DNA of 64,000 bases, from positions 1,568,001 to 1,632,000 of the forward strand of contig CAVXGK010000001.1 in assembly GCA_963761305.1 (NCBI GenBank). The letters are read 5' to 3'. Position 1 is the stretch's first letter, and each line of letters begins with the position of its first letter. Source of the DNA: an uncultured Gemmatimonadaceae bacterium (GTDB taxonomy: Bacteria; Gemmatimonadota; Gemmatimonadetes; Gemmatimonadales; Gemmatimonadaceae). This document shows, piece by piece, positions 33,756 through 43,454 of the stretch. Both the position numbers and the translations under genes were made by a program. The notes under the pieces were generated by a model. That model did not search any database. It saw only the letters and a list, made by a program, of their open reading frames with translations, and was not told the DNA's origin.

Positions 33756-34244
33756 TCAGCCGAAGTAGCGCGCGGTCCACCCGGACCCCGCCGGCTGCTC
33801 GAAACGGGTGCGCCACGCGGACGCCGCGCTCAACCCGGTGTCGAACACCGGCGTCGTCTCGGCGACCTCGCCGCGCTTCACGCGCTCGACGAATTGGTCG
33901 CGCGACGTCGTTTCGATGCCGGTCGCCGTGCGATAGAACACCCGCCCTCCGCCGACGAGCCGCGAACCGATCGTCCGCTCGAGCTGCTGCAGCGCGCGAA
34001 ACAATCCGTCGATCGAACAGCCCGACGCGTTTTCGGCGTTCACGTCCACGCCAATGGCGAGAAACCGATTGTCGCGCCAATCGCGCGCGCAGACGAGTGG
34101 CACGCCGTGCGCCTTCCATCTGTCGAGAAAATCATCGACCGCGCCGAGCACGGCGTCTTCGGAGTCACCGGAGAGCTCGTGGTCGCTGGCGAAGACCCAG
34201 ATTCGGGCGGAATCCGGCAGTTCGGCGAAAGGGACGATCGGCAT
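33756..34244 (-). CDS. Conserved hypothetical protein (SGCSID motif)
   Basis: FAELPDSARIWVF, WKAHG, SGCSIDGL motifs; typical codon bias. Confidence 0.7.
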   Translation of the reverse strand: MPIVPFAELPDSARIWVFASDHELSGDSEDAVLGAVDDFLDRWKAHGVPLVCARDWRDNRFLAIGVDVNAENASGCSIDGLFRALQQLERTIGSRLVGGGRVFYRTATGIETTSRDQFVERVKRGEVAETTPVFDTGLSAASAWRTRFEQPAGSGWTARYFG

Positions 34245-34296
34245 CGTAGAGCGAAAGATAGGCGAGGGCGAACCACTCGGCTCGCTTACGGCGCCT

Positions 34297-35196
34297 TCAC
34301 GACGTTGGAGTAGCGATTCTCCGCCGGCACACAACGATCGTGATGTTGTCCGACCCTCCGCGGTCGAGCGCCATTTCGAGCAGCGATTTGCACACGTCTT
34401 CCGACGCCGGGTTGGCTGCGATCGCCGCGCCGATCTCGTCGTCGGACACGTGCTTCGTGAGACCGTCGCTGCAAAACAGGAGCACCGAGCCGAAGCGATC
34501 GATCCGCACGCGCGTGACGTCCGGAACCGCTTCCTCCGCTTCGCCGCCGACCGCGCGCGAGAGTACGTGCCGGTAGGGCGACGACGCGAGACGTTCGCGG
34601 GGCATCACGCCCTGGTCCACGAGCTCCTGCGCCACGGTCTGATCGCGCGTCACCTGCGTGAGCGTCCCGTTCCACCAGTAGTAGGCGCGGCTGTCGCCCA
34701 GCTGCACGACGTAGAGCCAGGGCCAGACCACGATGCCGAGCGTGAGGGTCGTGGCCATCGGCTTCGGGTCCGATCGAAGCTTGGCTGCCGCCCGCACCGC
34801 GTGGTGCGCGTCGAGGACCGCGCTGCGGAGCGATTCGAGAAAGACATCTTCTTCTTTCGAGCCGGCGTCGTGGTACGACTCCAGCGTCGAGGAGACGTAG
34901 TGCATGATCGTCTCCGTCGTGATCCGCGACGCCTGGCCGCCGTCGGCGTTGCCGCCCACACCGTCGGCCACGAGCACGATCGTCGCCCTCCACTCGCCGC
35001 GAAGGGGAAGCTGCTGGACGTCGGGAAGGCTCGTCGCGTGGACGATGACCTCGGGGTGCACCGTGCACGCCAGGAAGTGGTCCTCGTTCTCGACGCGCTT
35101 TTTCCCGGGATGGGTCAGCCCAAAGAGGTCGATCTCGTCGTCTCGGACACGCTGGCTCTGATTCGTGTTCGTGGTGAACATCTCGGCGACTTTCAT
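34297..35196 (-). CDS. PP2C/Stp family Ser/Thr protein phosphatase
   Basis: RVENED, VADGVGG, GDSRAY, CSDGL, GGSDNITIV motifs. Confidence 0.93.
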   Translation of the reverse strand: MKVAEMFTTNTNQSQRVRDDEIDLFGLTHPGKKRVENEDHFLACTVHPEVIVHATSLPDVQQLPLRGEWRATIVLVADGVGGNADGGQASRITTETIMHYVSSTLESYHDAGSKEEDVFLESLRSAVLDAHHAVRAAAKLRSDPKPMATTLTLGIVVWPWLYVVQLGDSRAYYWWNGTLTQVTRDQTVAQELVDQGVMPRERLASSPYRHVLSRAVGGEAEEAVPDVTRVRIDRFGSVLLFCSDGLTKHVSDDEIGAAIAANPASEDVCKSLLEMALDRGGSDNITIVVCRRRIATPTS

Positions 35197-35405
35197 CGGC
35201 TCCCTCCCCCGGCGTTCTCTGTCCTGCGGGACGCTACGAGCGTGTCCGGCTCGTCCTAGCATGGTCCGCGCCGCCAGGCGGGGCAAGGCTCTCCGTGAAG
35301 GCTTGTCGCGCGACCGCCGGAGCGCAGCGAAATCCCTTGCGAGCGCGTTGGCGCAGAGGTAGGGATTAGTCTCTCCTCTCTCCCAGACACCCTCGGCCCT
35401 TTCTC

Positions 35406-37277
35406 ATGTCTTCGACCACCTACGATCGCCGCGCGTTCATGGCGTACTTCGGCTCAATCGGTCTCGGGAGCACGCTCTTGCCGGGCGTGCTCTGGGCGCA
35501 GACCCAAACGCCCCAGCAACAAGGCGCCGCGATCACGACGGAGCAGATCGCGGCCGCCGAAGAGGTGGCGGGGCTCAAGTTCTCCGACGAGGAGCGCCAG
35601 ACGATGTCCCGCGACCTCGCGCAGGTGCGGACGGGGCTCGCGCGGTTGCACAGCGAGCCGCTCGACATGAGCATGTTCCCGACGATCGTCTTTGATCCGC
35701 TGCCGACGGGCAAGGAACTGGCGAAGAAGACGAGGGCGCCGACGGTGCGCAGCAAGGTCCCGGTCATGGCGCGCCCCGGCAGCCTCGACGAGCTGGCCTA
35801 CGAGTCCGTGACGACGCTGTCGGATCTGGTGCGCACGCGCAAGGTGAAGCCGTCGGAGCTGACGGACATGTATCTGTCGCGTCTCAAGCGCTACGACACG
35901 CAGCTTCACTTCGTGATCAACCTGACCGAGGACCGCGCGCGTAAACAGGCCGCCGCGCTCGATTCAGAGATTGCTCACGGACACTATCGCGGCGCGCTGC
36001 ACGGCATCCCCTGGGGCGCAAAGGATCTGCTCGCCGTAAAGGACTACCCAACGACGTGGGGAGCCGGCTTGTATCAGGATCAGAAGTTCGACTACGACGC
36101 GACCGTCGTGAAACGCCTCGACGACGCGGGCGCTGTACTCGTCGCCAAGCTCACGCTCGGTTCGCTCGCGCAGGGAGACCGGTGGTGGAAGGAGCGCACT
36201 CGCAACCCATGGAACCCGGAAACGGGATCCAGTGGCTCGTCAGCCGGTCCGGCGTCGGCCACTGCCGCGGGATGCGTCGGTTTCAGCATCGGCTCGGAGA
36301 CGAACGGGTCGATCACGTCGCCGTCGCGCACGTGCGGCGTCGCGGGGTTTCGTCCGTCGTTCGGGCGCGTGCCGCGCTCGGGTGCGATGGCGCTCTCGTG
36401 GACGACCGACAAGCTCGGCCCCATCTGTCGCAGCGCCGAGGATTGCGCGCTGGTGTTCGACGCCATTCACGGACCGGACGGCATCGATCGCTCGATCAAG
36501 GCGTATCCGTTCAACTGGAACGCCAACGAAAAGATTTCGAAACTGAAGATCGCCTACATCAAGGCGGACTTCGAGCGCACGGCAAACGGGACGACGACGC
36601 CGATCGCCGACGCGATGCATTTCCTCGACGTGCTCAAGTCGCTCGGTGCGAACCCCGAACCGATCGACGCGCCGACGCCGAACTACGGATATCTCGACGA
36701 GATCATTCTCCGCTCGGAAGCGGGCGCCGCGTTCCAGGTCGATACGCTCAACAGCAAGATCAAGGAGCTGGAGCCGTACAGCACGTGGCCGAACTACTTC
36801 CGAGCGTCGCAGTTCACCCCGGGCGCCGACTACGTGAACGCGAATCGCATCCGAATGCGCGCCATGGAGCAGATGTGGGAGTTGTTTTCGAAGTATGACG
36901 TCGTCATCACGCCGCGCGAGAACACCTCGGTCACCAACATCACGGGCACGCCGTCGATTGTCGTGCCCACCGGATTCGCCATTCCGCAGGGTCGCGGCGG
37001 ATTCGGCGGTGGCGGTGGCGGTGGGGGTGGGGGTGGGGGTGGAGGCGGCGGCGGGCGTGGCGGTCGGGGCGGCGGCGGCGGGGCTGGGGGAGGCGCTGGT
37101 CGCGGGGACTCAGCCGCGGCCGCCGCGCCGGCGGCACCGCCGCCACCCACCGTTCCACTGCCCACGGCGATGTATGTCATGGGCCCCATCTTTCAGGACG
37201 AGAAAAACCTGCTCGTCGCTCACGCCTTCCAGCAGGCCACAGATTTTCACAAGAAGCGTCCGCCGCAGTTCGCCTGA
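35406..37277 (+). CDS. Amidase-signature family enzyme, Tat-exported, with Gly/Arg-rich insertion
   Basis: DRRAFM Tat-like signal; GAKDL, GSSGSSAG, GSETNGSI amidase triad motifs. Confidence 0.9.
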   Translation: MSSTTYDRRAFMAYFGSIGLGSTLLPGVLWAQTQTPQQQGAAITTEQIAAAEEVAGLKFSDEERQTMSRDLAQVRTGLARLHSEPLDMSMFPTIVFDPLPTGKELAKKTRAPTVRSKVPVMARPGSLDELAYESVTTLSDLVRTRKVKPSELTDMYLSRLKRYDTQLHFVINLTEDRARKQAAALDSEIAHGHYRGALHGIPWGAKDLLAVKDYPTTWGAGLYQDQKFDYDATVVKRLDDAGAVLVAKLTLGSLAQGDRWWKERTRNPWNPETGSSGSSAGPASATAAGCVGFSIGSETNGSITSPSRTCGVAGFRPSFGRVPRSGAMALSWTTDKLGPICRSAEDCALVFDAIHGPDGIDRSIKAYPFNWNANEKISKLKIAYIKADFERTANGTTTPIADAMHFLDVLKSLGANPEPIDAPTPNYGYLDEIILRSEAGAAFQVDTLNSKIKELEPYSTWPNYFRASQFTPGADYVNANRIRMRAMEQMWELFSKYDVVITPRENTSVTNITGTPSIVVPTGFAIPQGRGGFGGGGGGGGGGGGGGGGGRGGRGGGGGAGGGAGRGDSAAAAAPAAPPPPTVPLPTAMYVMGPIFQDEKNLLVAHAFQQATDFHKKRPPQFA

Positions 37278-37336
37278 GAGCTTTACAAGAACGCTACAGC
37301 CCGGGAAAACACTTTCGCGCGACCCGGTGTCTAATT

Positions 37337-37374
37337 GGTCGGCGGCGGGGATGAAACCGCCGCCGACCGTTTTG
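37337..37374 (+). terminator. Intrinsic terminator after amidase
   Basis: 12-bp stem GGTCGGCGGCGG / CCGCCGCCGACC followed by GTTTTG. Confidence 0.7.
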
Positions 37375-37556
37375 TGTAGTAGAGGTTTCCCGCGATCGCG
37401 CGCCCTGACCATTTTGCGATGACAGTCTCGACCATCCGCACGGGCACCAAGCGCAACCCATTCAGCACTCGGCCGACGCCGCTGTCGGCGGACTCGATCG
37501 CGCAAACTGGCGAATACACGATCTTCGGCCTCGCCCGCTCGGTCGATGAGTCGGTC

Positions 37557-38648
37557 ATGCGCGAACGCCGCATCAGCTTCACGCTGATCCTGTTCGGCGT
37601 CGCGACGCTGATCGCGATTCTCTATTCCGCCGAGCGATTCGCGTACAGCCGGTTCACCGGCGCACCGATCTCGCTGCGAAGCTTGTTGCCGGCGGAATTG
37701 ATATTCACGTACGCGTGGGCGCTGCTCACGCCGCCGGTGATGTTCGTCGCCAAGCGCTTCCCGGTGTGGGGGCATTCGCCGCACCTGCGCAATTGGGGCG
37801 TTCAAGTCGCGGCCCTGGCGGCCTTCGTCGCCACGCACGCCGCGCTCTGCTCCCTTGTGATGGCGGCGATTTCGCCCGCCACCACGCTCAGCGAGTTCCC
37901 GACGCTGTTCGGCAACACAGTGCTCTCGTGGACGGTCGTGGACGCGATCGTGTTCTGCGCGCTCGTCACTGTGCACCACGCCGTCGTCTACTATCGCGTG
38001 TCGAAGGATCGCGCGCTCCGCGCGTCGCAACTCGAAGCACGGCTCGCCCAGACGCAGCTCCACATGCTGCGCATGCAGCTCCAGCCGCATTTCCTCTTCA
38101 ACACGCTGCATTCGATTTCGGCGCTCATGCACAAGGACGTGCGCCGCGCCGACTCGATGATCGCCGCGTTGAGCGACCTCCTTCGCATGTCGCTCCAGAA
38201 CATCGGTGCGCAGGAAGTGCCGCTCCAGTCGGAGCTCGACTTCCTCCAACGCTACGTCGAGATCATGAGCCTCCGGTTCGGCGATCGGCTCCGCGTGTCG
38301 ATCGACGTCGATCCGGAGACGCGCGACGCGCGCGTGCCGAACCTGTTCCTGCAGCCGCTGGTGGAGAACTCGTTCCGCCACGGATTCGGCGATCTCGGAC
38401 AAGGTTCGGTGGCGATCACCGTGCGGCGCGAGGGCGACATGCTCTGCTGCGACGTCCGCGACGACGGCCGGGGGCTTCGCGCGGGACACAAAGAGGGCAC
38501 CGGCCTGGCGAGCACCCGGCAGCGGCTCGCCCACTTGTACGGCGAGCGACAGACCTTCTCGCTTCGCGGCGCGCCTGGACAGGGTGTCCACGTCACGATG
38601 GCGATTCCGTTTCAACCTTCAGAACCCGACCTCACGGCGGCAGACTGA
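37557..38648 (+). CDS. LytS/YehU-type sensor histidine kinase
   Basis: QLQPHFLFNTL, LQPLVEN, DDGRG, GTGL motifs; N-terminal TM helices; alternative start 37419. Confidence 0.92.
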   Translation: MRERRISFTLILFGVATLIAILYSAERFAYSRFTGAPISLRSLLPAELIFTYAWALLTPPVMFVAKRFPVWGHSPHLRNWGVQVAALAAFVATHAALCSLVMAAISPATTLSEFPTLFGNTVLSWTVVDAIVFCALVTVHHAVVYYRVSKDRALRASQLEARLAQTQLHMLRMQLQPHFLFNTLHSISALMHKDVRRADSMIAALSDLLRMSLQNIGAQEVPLQSELDFLQRYVEIMSLRFGDRLRVSIDVDPETRDARVPNLFLQPLVENSFRHGFGDLGQGSVAITVRREGDMLCCDVRDDGRGLRAGHKEGTGLASTRQRLAHLYGERQTFSLRGAPGQGVHVTMAIPFQPSEPDLTAAD

Positions 38649-39436
38649 TGACTCCTCCTCCCTCGATACCCGACTCCACCAAGATCAGAGTGCTGATCGT
38701 CGACGACGAAGAGCTGGCGCGCGACCGCGTCGCCTCTCTCCTCGCCGAACAACCTGACGTCGAAGTCGTCGGCACGTGCGTCGACGGACCGAGCGCCGTC
38801 GAAGCGATCGAGCGCGAGCGGCCCGATCTCGTCTTCCTCGACGTGCAGATGCCGGGCATGGACGGCTTCGAGGTCGTCGAAAATCTCGAGCGCGAGCACG
38901 TTCCGGCGGTCGTGTTCGTGACCGCGCACGACGCGCACGCGATCCGCGCGTTCGAGATCCACGCCCTCGACTTCCTCCTCAAGCCGTTCGACCAGACGCG
39001 GTTCGAGAAGGCGCTCGAGCGGGCGCGCGCCCAACTGTCACGCGACAAGTCGTCGTCGCTCGACTCGCGGCTCGTGTCGCTGCTCGAGGAACTGCGCGAG
39101 GAGCGGAAATACCCCGAACGCCTGATCGTGAAATCGAGCGGCCGCGTGTTCTTCGTCCGCGCCGAAGACGTCGATTGGGTCGAGGCGGCGGGCAACTACG
39201 TCAAGATTCACTCGAAGAGCGAGGCCCATCTCCTCCGCGAGAGCATGAAGAACATGGAGGCCAAGCTCGATCCCAAGACCTTCGTGCGCATCCATCGCTC
39301 GGCGATCGTGAACATCGATCGCATCAAGGAGCTGGAGCCGTGGTTCCACGGCGAGTACGTCGTGATTCTGCGCGACGGCACGCGCCTCACGGCGAGCCGA
39401 GTGTTCAGCGACCGATTGAGCGCCGCGATCGCGTGA
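38648..39436 (+). CDS. LytTR family response regulator
   Basis: IVDDE, FLDVQMP, FVTAH, LLKPF receiver; FVRIHRSAIVN LytTR domain; coupled to kinase (TGATG). Confidence 0.95.
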   Translation: MTPPPSIPDSTKIRVLIVDDEELARDRVASLLAEQPDVEVVGTCVDGPSAVEAIERERPDLVFLDVQMPGMDGFEVVENLEREHVPAVVFVTAHDAHAIRAFEIHALDFLLKPFDQTRFEKALERARAQLSRDKSSSLDSRLVSLLEELREERKYPERLIVKSSGRVFFVRAEDVDWVEAAGNYVKIHSKSEAHLLRESMKNMEAKLDPKTFVRIHRSAIVNIDRIKELEPWFHGEYVVILRDGTRLTASRVFSDRLSAAIA

Positions 39437-39441
39437 TCGAA

Positions 39442-40341
39442 CTAGGCGGCCGCGCGCAGGATCGACTGGAGCGCGGTCTCGAGGTTCGGTAGCGAGAACG
39501 CGAAGCCGGTCTGCAGCAGTTTGCGAGGGAGTGCGCGCTGGCTCGCCAGCGCGGCTCCCTTTGCCATTTGTCCGTAGAGCAGCTCGAGCGCGAGCACCGG
39601 AACGGGGAAGATCGCCGGACGGTGCAGCACCGACGCGAGCACGCGCGTGAACTCGGCGTTGTCCACGGGATTCGGCGCCGTGAGGTTGAACGCGCCCCGG
39701 GCGCCGTCCGTGTCGACGAGGAAGCGCAGCGCGCGCACCATGTCGGCGAGCGCGATCCAGCTCATCCAGTGCTTTCCGTCGCCCAAGCGTCCGCCGACGC
39801 CGAGTCGGAAGGGGAGCAGCATTTTGGCGAGCGCGCCGCCGCGCGGGTCGAGCACGATGCCGGTGCGACTGATCGCGACACGAATGCCTGCGTCGCCGGC
39901 CGGCGCGGTGGCCGCTTCCCAGTCCTTGCACACCGACGCGAGAAAGTCGTCGCCGGGGCTGCTCGTCTCGTCGAGCACTTCGCTTCCGCGCACACCGTAG
40001 TAGCCGACCGCCGATCCGCTCACGAGCGCGTTTGGTCGCGGTGACAGCGTCGCCATCGTGCGCGCGATCAGCGATGTCGATTGAACGCGGCTCTCACGAA
40101 TGGCGCGCATCGCATCGCGCGTCCAACGCTGCGCGATGTTCTCACCGGCGAGATTCACTACCGCGTCGACACCGGCGAGGGCTGTCGCGTCGATCTCGTT
40201 GCGTTCCGGGTTCCACGAGACCTCGTTCGGCCCGCGCGCTGCGCGCCGCACGAGACGGCGCACGTGGTGCCCGTCCGCGACCAGCGAACGAACTAGTGCC
40301 GATCCGATCAAACCGGTGGACCCGGTGACGGCGATGCGCAA
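39442..40341 (-). CDS. TIGR01777 family NAD-dependent epimerase/oxidoreductase
   Basis: TGSTGLIG, VNLAGENI, SAVGYYG, RTGIVL, MSWIAL motifs; TTG start. Confidence 0.9.
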   Translation of the reverse strand: MRIAVTGSTGLIGSALVRSLVADGHHVRRLVRRAARGPNEVSWNPERNEIDATALAGVDAVVNLAGENIAQRWTRDAMRAIRESRVQSTSLIARTMATLSPRPNALVSGSAVGYYGVRGSEVLDETSSPGDDFLASVCKDWEAATAPAGDAGIRVAISRTGIVLDPRGGALAKMLLPFRLGVGGRLGDGKHWMSWIALADMVRALRFLVDTDGARGAFNLTAPNPVDNAEFTRVLASVLHRPAIFPVPVLALELLYGQMAKGAALASQRALPRKLLQTGFAFSLPNLETALQSILRAAA

Positions 40342-40435
40342 CGGAGATCTCTCGCTCTGGGCTCAGGTCACAGGATAACAGGACCGGCCCTGAGTGGCGT
40401 TCTTGCCGCGCGGCGGTGGCCGCGTCGAGACCGGA

Positions 40436-40618
40436 CTAGTCGGCCGAGTTCAGCTCGGGGCTCGCCGCGAGCGCATCGCCCGCGGCCATCGAGAGCGCGT
40501 CGACTTCGGCATCGTCCGTGTCGTTCAACACGCGCATTTCCTGGATCGCGCGGTCGACGAGCCGCAGGGCGGCGTCCGATTCGTAGAGGAGCTCGTCGCG
40601 ACGAGCGAGCGAGCTCAT
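40436..40618 (-). CDS. Small acidic protein (60 aa) coupled to cheY, function unknown
   Basis: ATG 2 nt after cheY stop; helical acidic sequence LLYESDAALRLVDRAIQEM. Confidence 0.5.
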   Translation of the reverse strand: MSSLARRDELLYESDAALRLVDRAIQEMRVLNDTDDAEVDALSMAAGDALAASPELNSAD

Positions 40619-40620
40619 GA

Positions 40621-40998
40621 TCAGGCCGCGGCGCCGATGCCGGCGAGCACGCGCTCGATCTTTTCCTTGAGTGCGGGCGGCGTGAACGGCTTGTGGATGT
40701 AACTCGTCACGCCCGCGTCCACGCCGGCGACGATCTCTTCACGGGCGCCGCGCGTGGTGACCATCAGAATCGGGAGCGATTTGCCGAGCGGGTGCGAGCG
40801 CACGGCGCGCGTGAACTCCGAGCCGCTCATCTCGGGCATGTTCCAGTCCGTGATGATGAGGTTGACCCCGGAGCCGAGGTGCGTCAGGGCGGAAAGACCG
40901 TCGCCTGCCTCGATGGTATCGGCGTAGCCGATCCGTCGCAGGGCGTTGACGACGATGCGCCGCATCGTCGGAGAGTCGTCGACCACTAGGATTTTCAT
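40621..40998 (-). CDS. cheY: CheY-like single-domain response regulator
   Basis: ILVVDDSPTMRRI, TDWNMPEMSG, PILMVTT, YIHKPFT: all receiver active-site residues present. Confidence 0.85.
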   Translation of the reverse strand: MKILVVDDSPTMRRIVVNALRRIGYADTIEAGDGLSALTHLGSGVNLIITDWNMPEMSGSEFTRAVRSHPLGKSLPILMVTTRGAREEIVAGVDAGVTSYIHKPFTPPALKEKIERVLAGIGAAA

Positions 40999-41043
40999 GA
41001 CTACCGACACCCTACCCCGGATCTCGCGTGAAGCGAGCGGCGA

Positions 41044-41346
41044 TTAGAGATCGCCGCTGGACAGCAGCCGACGTGCGATCACTTCAGCCACTTCGCGTGT
41101 GTTGTACGCCCCACTGCGCAGACGACGAGTCACCGCCTCGAGATCGGTCGACTCGAGCACTGCCGACGAAGCGCTGTCGGCGACCTGCTGCTCTACGTCG
41201 GCGATCTCCGCCATTCCATCCAACTGCGGTGCCACCTTGCGCGCCTTCTTGTTCCGCCGCTTGCCGGTCGTGGGGACGGGTGCGTTCACACTCTCGGACA
41301 ACGCGGTGGCACTAATCGGCGCCTGGGTATTCGGATCGATCTGCAC
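41044..41346 (-). CDS. flgM: Anti-sigma28 factor FlgM-like protein
   Basis: About 100 aa, disordered N-half; C-terminal VTRRLRSGAYNTREVAEVIARRLL resembles the FlgM I..G.Y motif; GGAGG RBS; sigma28 promoter upstream; fliA nearby. Confidence 0.65.
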   Translation of the reverse strand: MQIDPNTQAPISATALSESVNAPVPTTGKRRNKKARKVAPQLDGMAEIADVEQQVADSASSAVLESTDLEAVTRRLRSGAYNTREVAEVIARRLLSSGDL

Positions 41347-41367
41347 AGCTCTGAGCCTCCGATCTGA

Positions 41368-41394
41368 GTATCGACGAGAGAGGTACGCGGTTGA
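41368..41394 (-). promoter_or_regulatory. Sigma28 (FliA) promoter of flgM-cheY operon
   Basis: Minus strand TCAA-N15-GTCGATAC versus consensus TAAA-N15-GCCGATAA, upstream of RBS. Confidence 0.65.
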
Positions 41395-41439
41395 GGGTGA
41401 CGGCACACATTCGCCGTCGTGCGACGCGATGTTTCAGTT

Positions 41440-41652
41440 CTACACTTCCAGAGCCGGGCGCGAACGGGCCTGACTGCTGACGGTCAACAGCTCACCGGCG
41501 ACGTAGCCGTACAGGCTGGCCAGGCGCGGCGCGACCTTCCCGCCTCGCTTGAAGTCCAGGTCCCGAAGGGCTTCCAGGACCAGGTTCGAAGCGTCCACCA
41601 GACAGCTGTATGGTTCGGCGTCGTCGTGTGTGGCAAGGTGCGAGTCGCTCAT
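41440..41652 (-). CDS. Truncated FliS-like protein (70 aa; middle/C-terminal part of flagellin chaperone only)
   Basis: ASNLVLEALRDLDFKRGGKVAPRLASLYGY matches the FliS LD.E.GGE.A..L..LY.Y motif; N-terminal helix absent. Confidence 0.65.
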   Translation of the reverse strand: MSDSHLATHDDAEPYSCLVDASNLVLEALRDLDFKRGGKVAPRLASLYGYVAGELLTVSSQARSRPALEV

Positions 41653-41659
41653 GCATCTG

Positions 41660-41686
41660 GTATCGGTCCGACTTTCTGACGGGTTA
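41660..41686 (-). promoter_or_regulatory. Sigma28 (FliA) promoter of the fliS-like gene
   Basis: Minus strand TAAC-N15-ACCGATAC, ending 7 nt before the ATG at 41652. Confidence 0.6.
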
Positions 41687-41771
41687 GCGAGACCCTTGTG
41701 CTGTAAACAGTTGAGCCGTTCGACCCCGGTTTCAGGGGGTCGTCGCGCTTTGCGAGGACGTTCTGACTTCA

Positions 41772-41803
41772 GGTGGACGGGTGGACGGGTGGACGGGTGG
41801 ACC
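41772..41803 (+). repeat. Tandem octamer repeat (GGTGGACG)x3 + GGTGGACC
   Basis: Directly visible in the divergent intergenic region between the fliS-like and sigma54 activator genes. Confidence 0.9.
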
Positions 41804-42004
41804 GGCAGAACCAGACAGCCAGGCGGCAAGTCGGCACACGAACCTGTCGCGTCCCTCAGTCCCTCCCCACGAACAACTTCAGTCTTTTTGATTTTTGACG
41901 TTCTCGCGTTCTCCGCGCGGTTACAGCGGCAAGACGCAGAGCGTCTTGGAGGAGTATCGGCGTGAACCCGCCGATTCTTGATCGCGCGCATCAAACTCAT
42001 CCGT

Positions 42005-43450
42005 ATGGCGACGATTCTCTGCCTCGACGACGAACCGGCAATCGGGTTGATCCTCCAGGACACCCTGGAGCGAGCCGGCCATCAAGCCGTCGCGGCGCAC
42101 AACGTCCCGCAGGCGTTGCAAGCCCTGTCGGGCGGCGCCATAGACCTCATCATCTCCGATTACCGGATGCCCGGGCTCACCGGGCTCGAATTTCTCGCGC
42201 TGCTCAGACAGGAAGGCCACGACACGCCCCTCATCATGCTGACCGGCTACGGCAGCATCGAGCACGCGGTGTCGGCGATCAAGGCGGGCGCGATCGACTA
42301 CATCACCAAGCCGGTGCGCCCCGAGCAGCTCGAGCTCGCGGTGAATCAGGCGCTCGAGGTGGTCCGTCTCCGCCGCGAGAACGAACGGCTGCGGCGAGAG
42401 GTGCTCGAGTTCCGCAACGAGCGTCAGATCATCGGCACCAGCGCGGCCATTCGACGTGTGCTGCAAACCGTCGCCACGGCCGCGCCGACGCGCGCCACCG
42501 TGCTCCTCGAGGGAGAATCGGGAACCGGCAAGGAGCTCTTCGCGCGCACGATCCACGTGCAAAGTGATCGTCGCGACGGGCCGTTCATCCAGCTCAACTG
42601 CGCCGCGCTCCCCGAAGGCCTCGTGGAGAGCGCGCTCTTCGGCCACGAGAAGGGCGCGTTCACCGGCGCGATTCGTCGGGTGGAAGGCGCGTTCGAGCGC
42701 GCCCACGGCGGAACGCTGCTGCTCGACGAGATCTCGGAGATGCGGCTCGATCTTCAAGCGAAGTTGCTTCGCGTGCTGCAAGAACAGGAGTTCGAGCGCG
42801 TCGGCGGATCGACGCCGATCAAGGTGGATGTCCGCATCGTCGCGACGACGAATAGGGATCTCGCCGTGTTCGCCGCCGCGGGAAACTTTCGTCAGGATCT
42901 CTACTATAGATTGAGCGTCATTCCCGTCCGTCTGCCGCCGCTCCGCGAGCGTCGCGACGACATACCGCTCCTCTCATATCGGTTCGCCGCACACTACGGG
43001 CAGGAGATCCGCAAGGAGATCACCGGCATTTCGCCCGAAGCCGCGGAACTGTTGCAGGGATACGACTGGCCGGGTAATGTCCGCGAGTTGCAGCACGCGG
43101 TGGAACGGGCGGTGATTCTCACGCCCGAGCCGATGATCCCGTTGCACGCGTTCGACGGACAGCGGTTCGGGTTGAGCGGCGCGTGGAGCGGACCGACGCC
43201 GACGCGAATCCCCAACGCGCTGTTTCACACGAACGGAAACGGCACCGCACCATCGGCGCCGGCGATACCGGATGGCGCGGTCGTCTTCACCTCGCTCAAC
43301 GTGGACGAGGCGGAAGCAAAGTTGATCGAGCGCGCGCTCGAGGTGTCGAACGGCAATCGTACGCGCGCGGCGGATTTGCTGGGCATCAGCGTGAGAACTC
43401 TTCGCAACAAGTTGAACGGAACGAAGGCGGACAGCGACGGAGGGAGTTAG
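42005..43450 (+). CDS. Sigma54-dependent response regulator (NtrC family; FleR/FlrC/FlbD-like)
   Basis: Receiver (DDE, SDYRMP, KP), GESGTGKE, GAFTGA, WPGNVREL, HTH LGISVRTLRNKL typical of flagellar activators. Confidence 0.92.
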   Translation: MATILCLDDEPAIGLILQDTLERAGHQAVAAHNVPQALQALSGGAIDLIISDYRMPGLTGLEFLALLRQEGHDTPLIMLTGYGSIEHAVSAIKAGAIDYITKPVRPEQLELAVNQALEVVRLRRENERLRREVLEFRNERQIIGTSAAIRRVLQTVATAAPTRATVLLEGESGTGKELFARTIHVQSDRRDGPFIQLNCAALPEGLVESALFGHEKGAFTGAIRRVEGAFERAHGGTLLLDEISEMRLDLQAKLLRVLQEQEFERVGGSTPIKVDVRIVATTNRDLAVFAAAGNFRQDLYYRLSVIPVRLPPLRERRDDIPLLSYRFAAHYGQEIRKEITGISPEAAELLQGYDWPGNVRELQHAVERAVILTPEPMIPLHAFDGQRFGLSGAWSGPTPTRIPNALFHTNGNGTAPSAPAIPDGAVVFTSLNVDEAEAKLIERALEVSNGNRTRAADLLGISVRTLRNKLNGTKADSDGGS

Positions 43451-43454
43451 ATCC

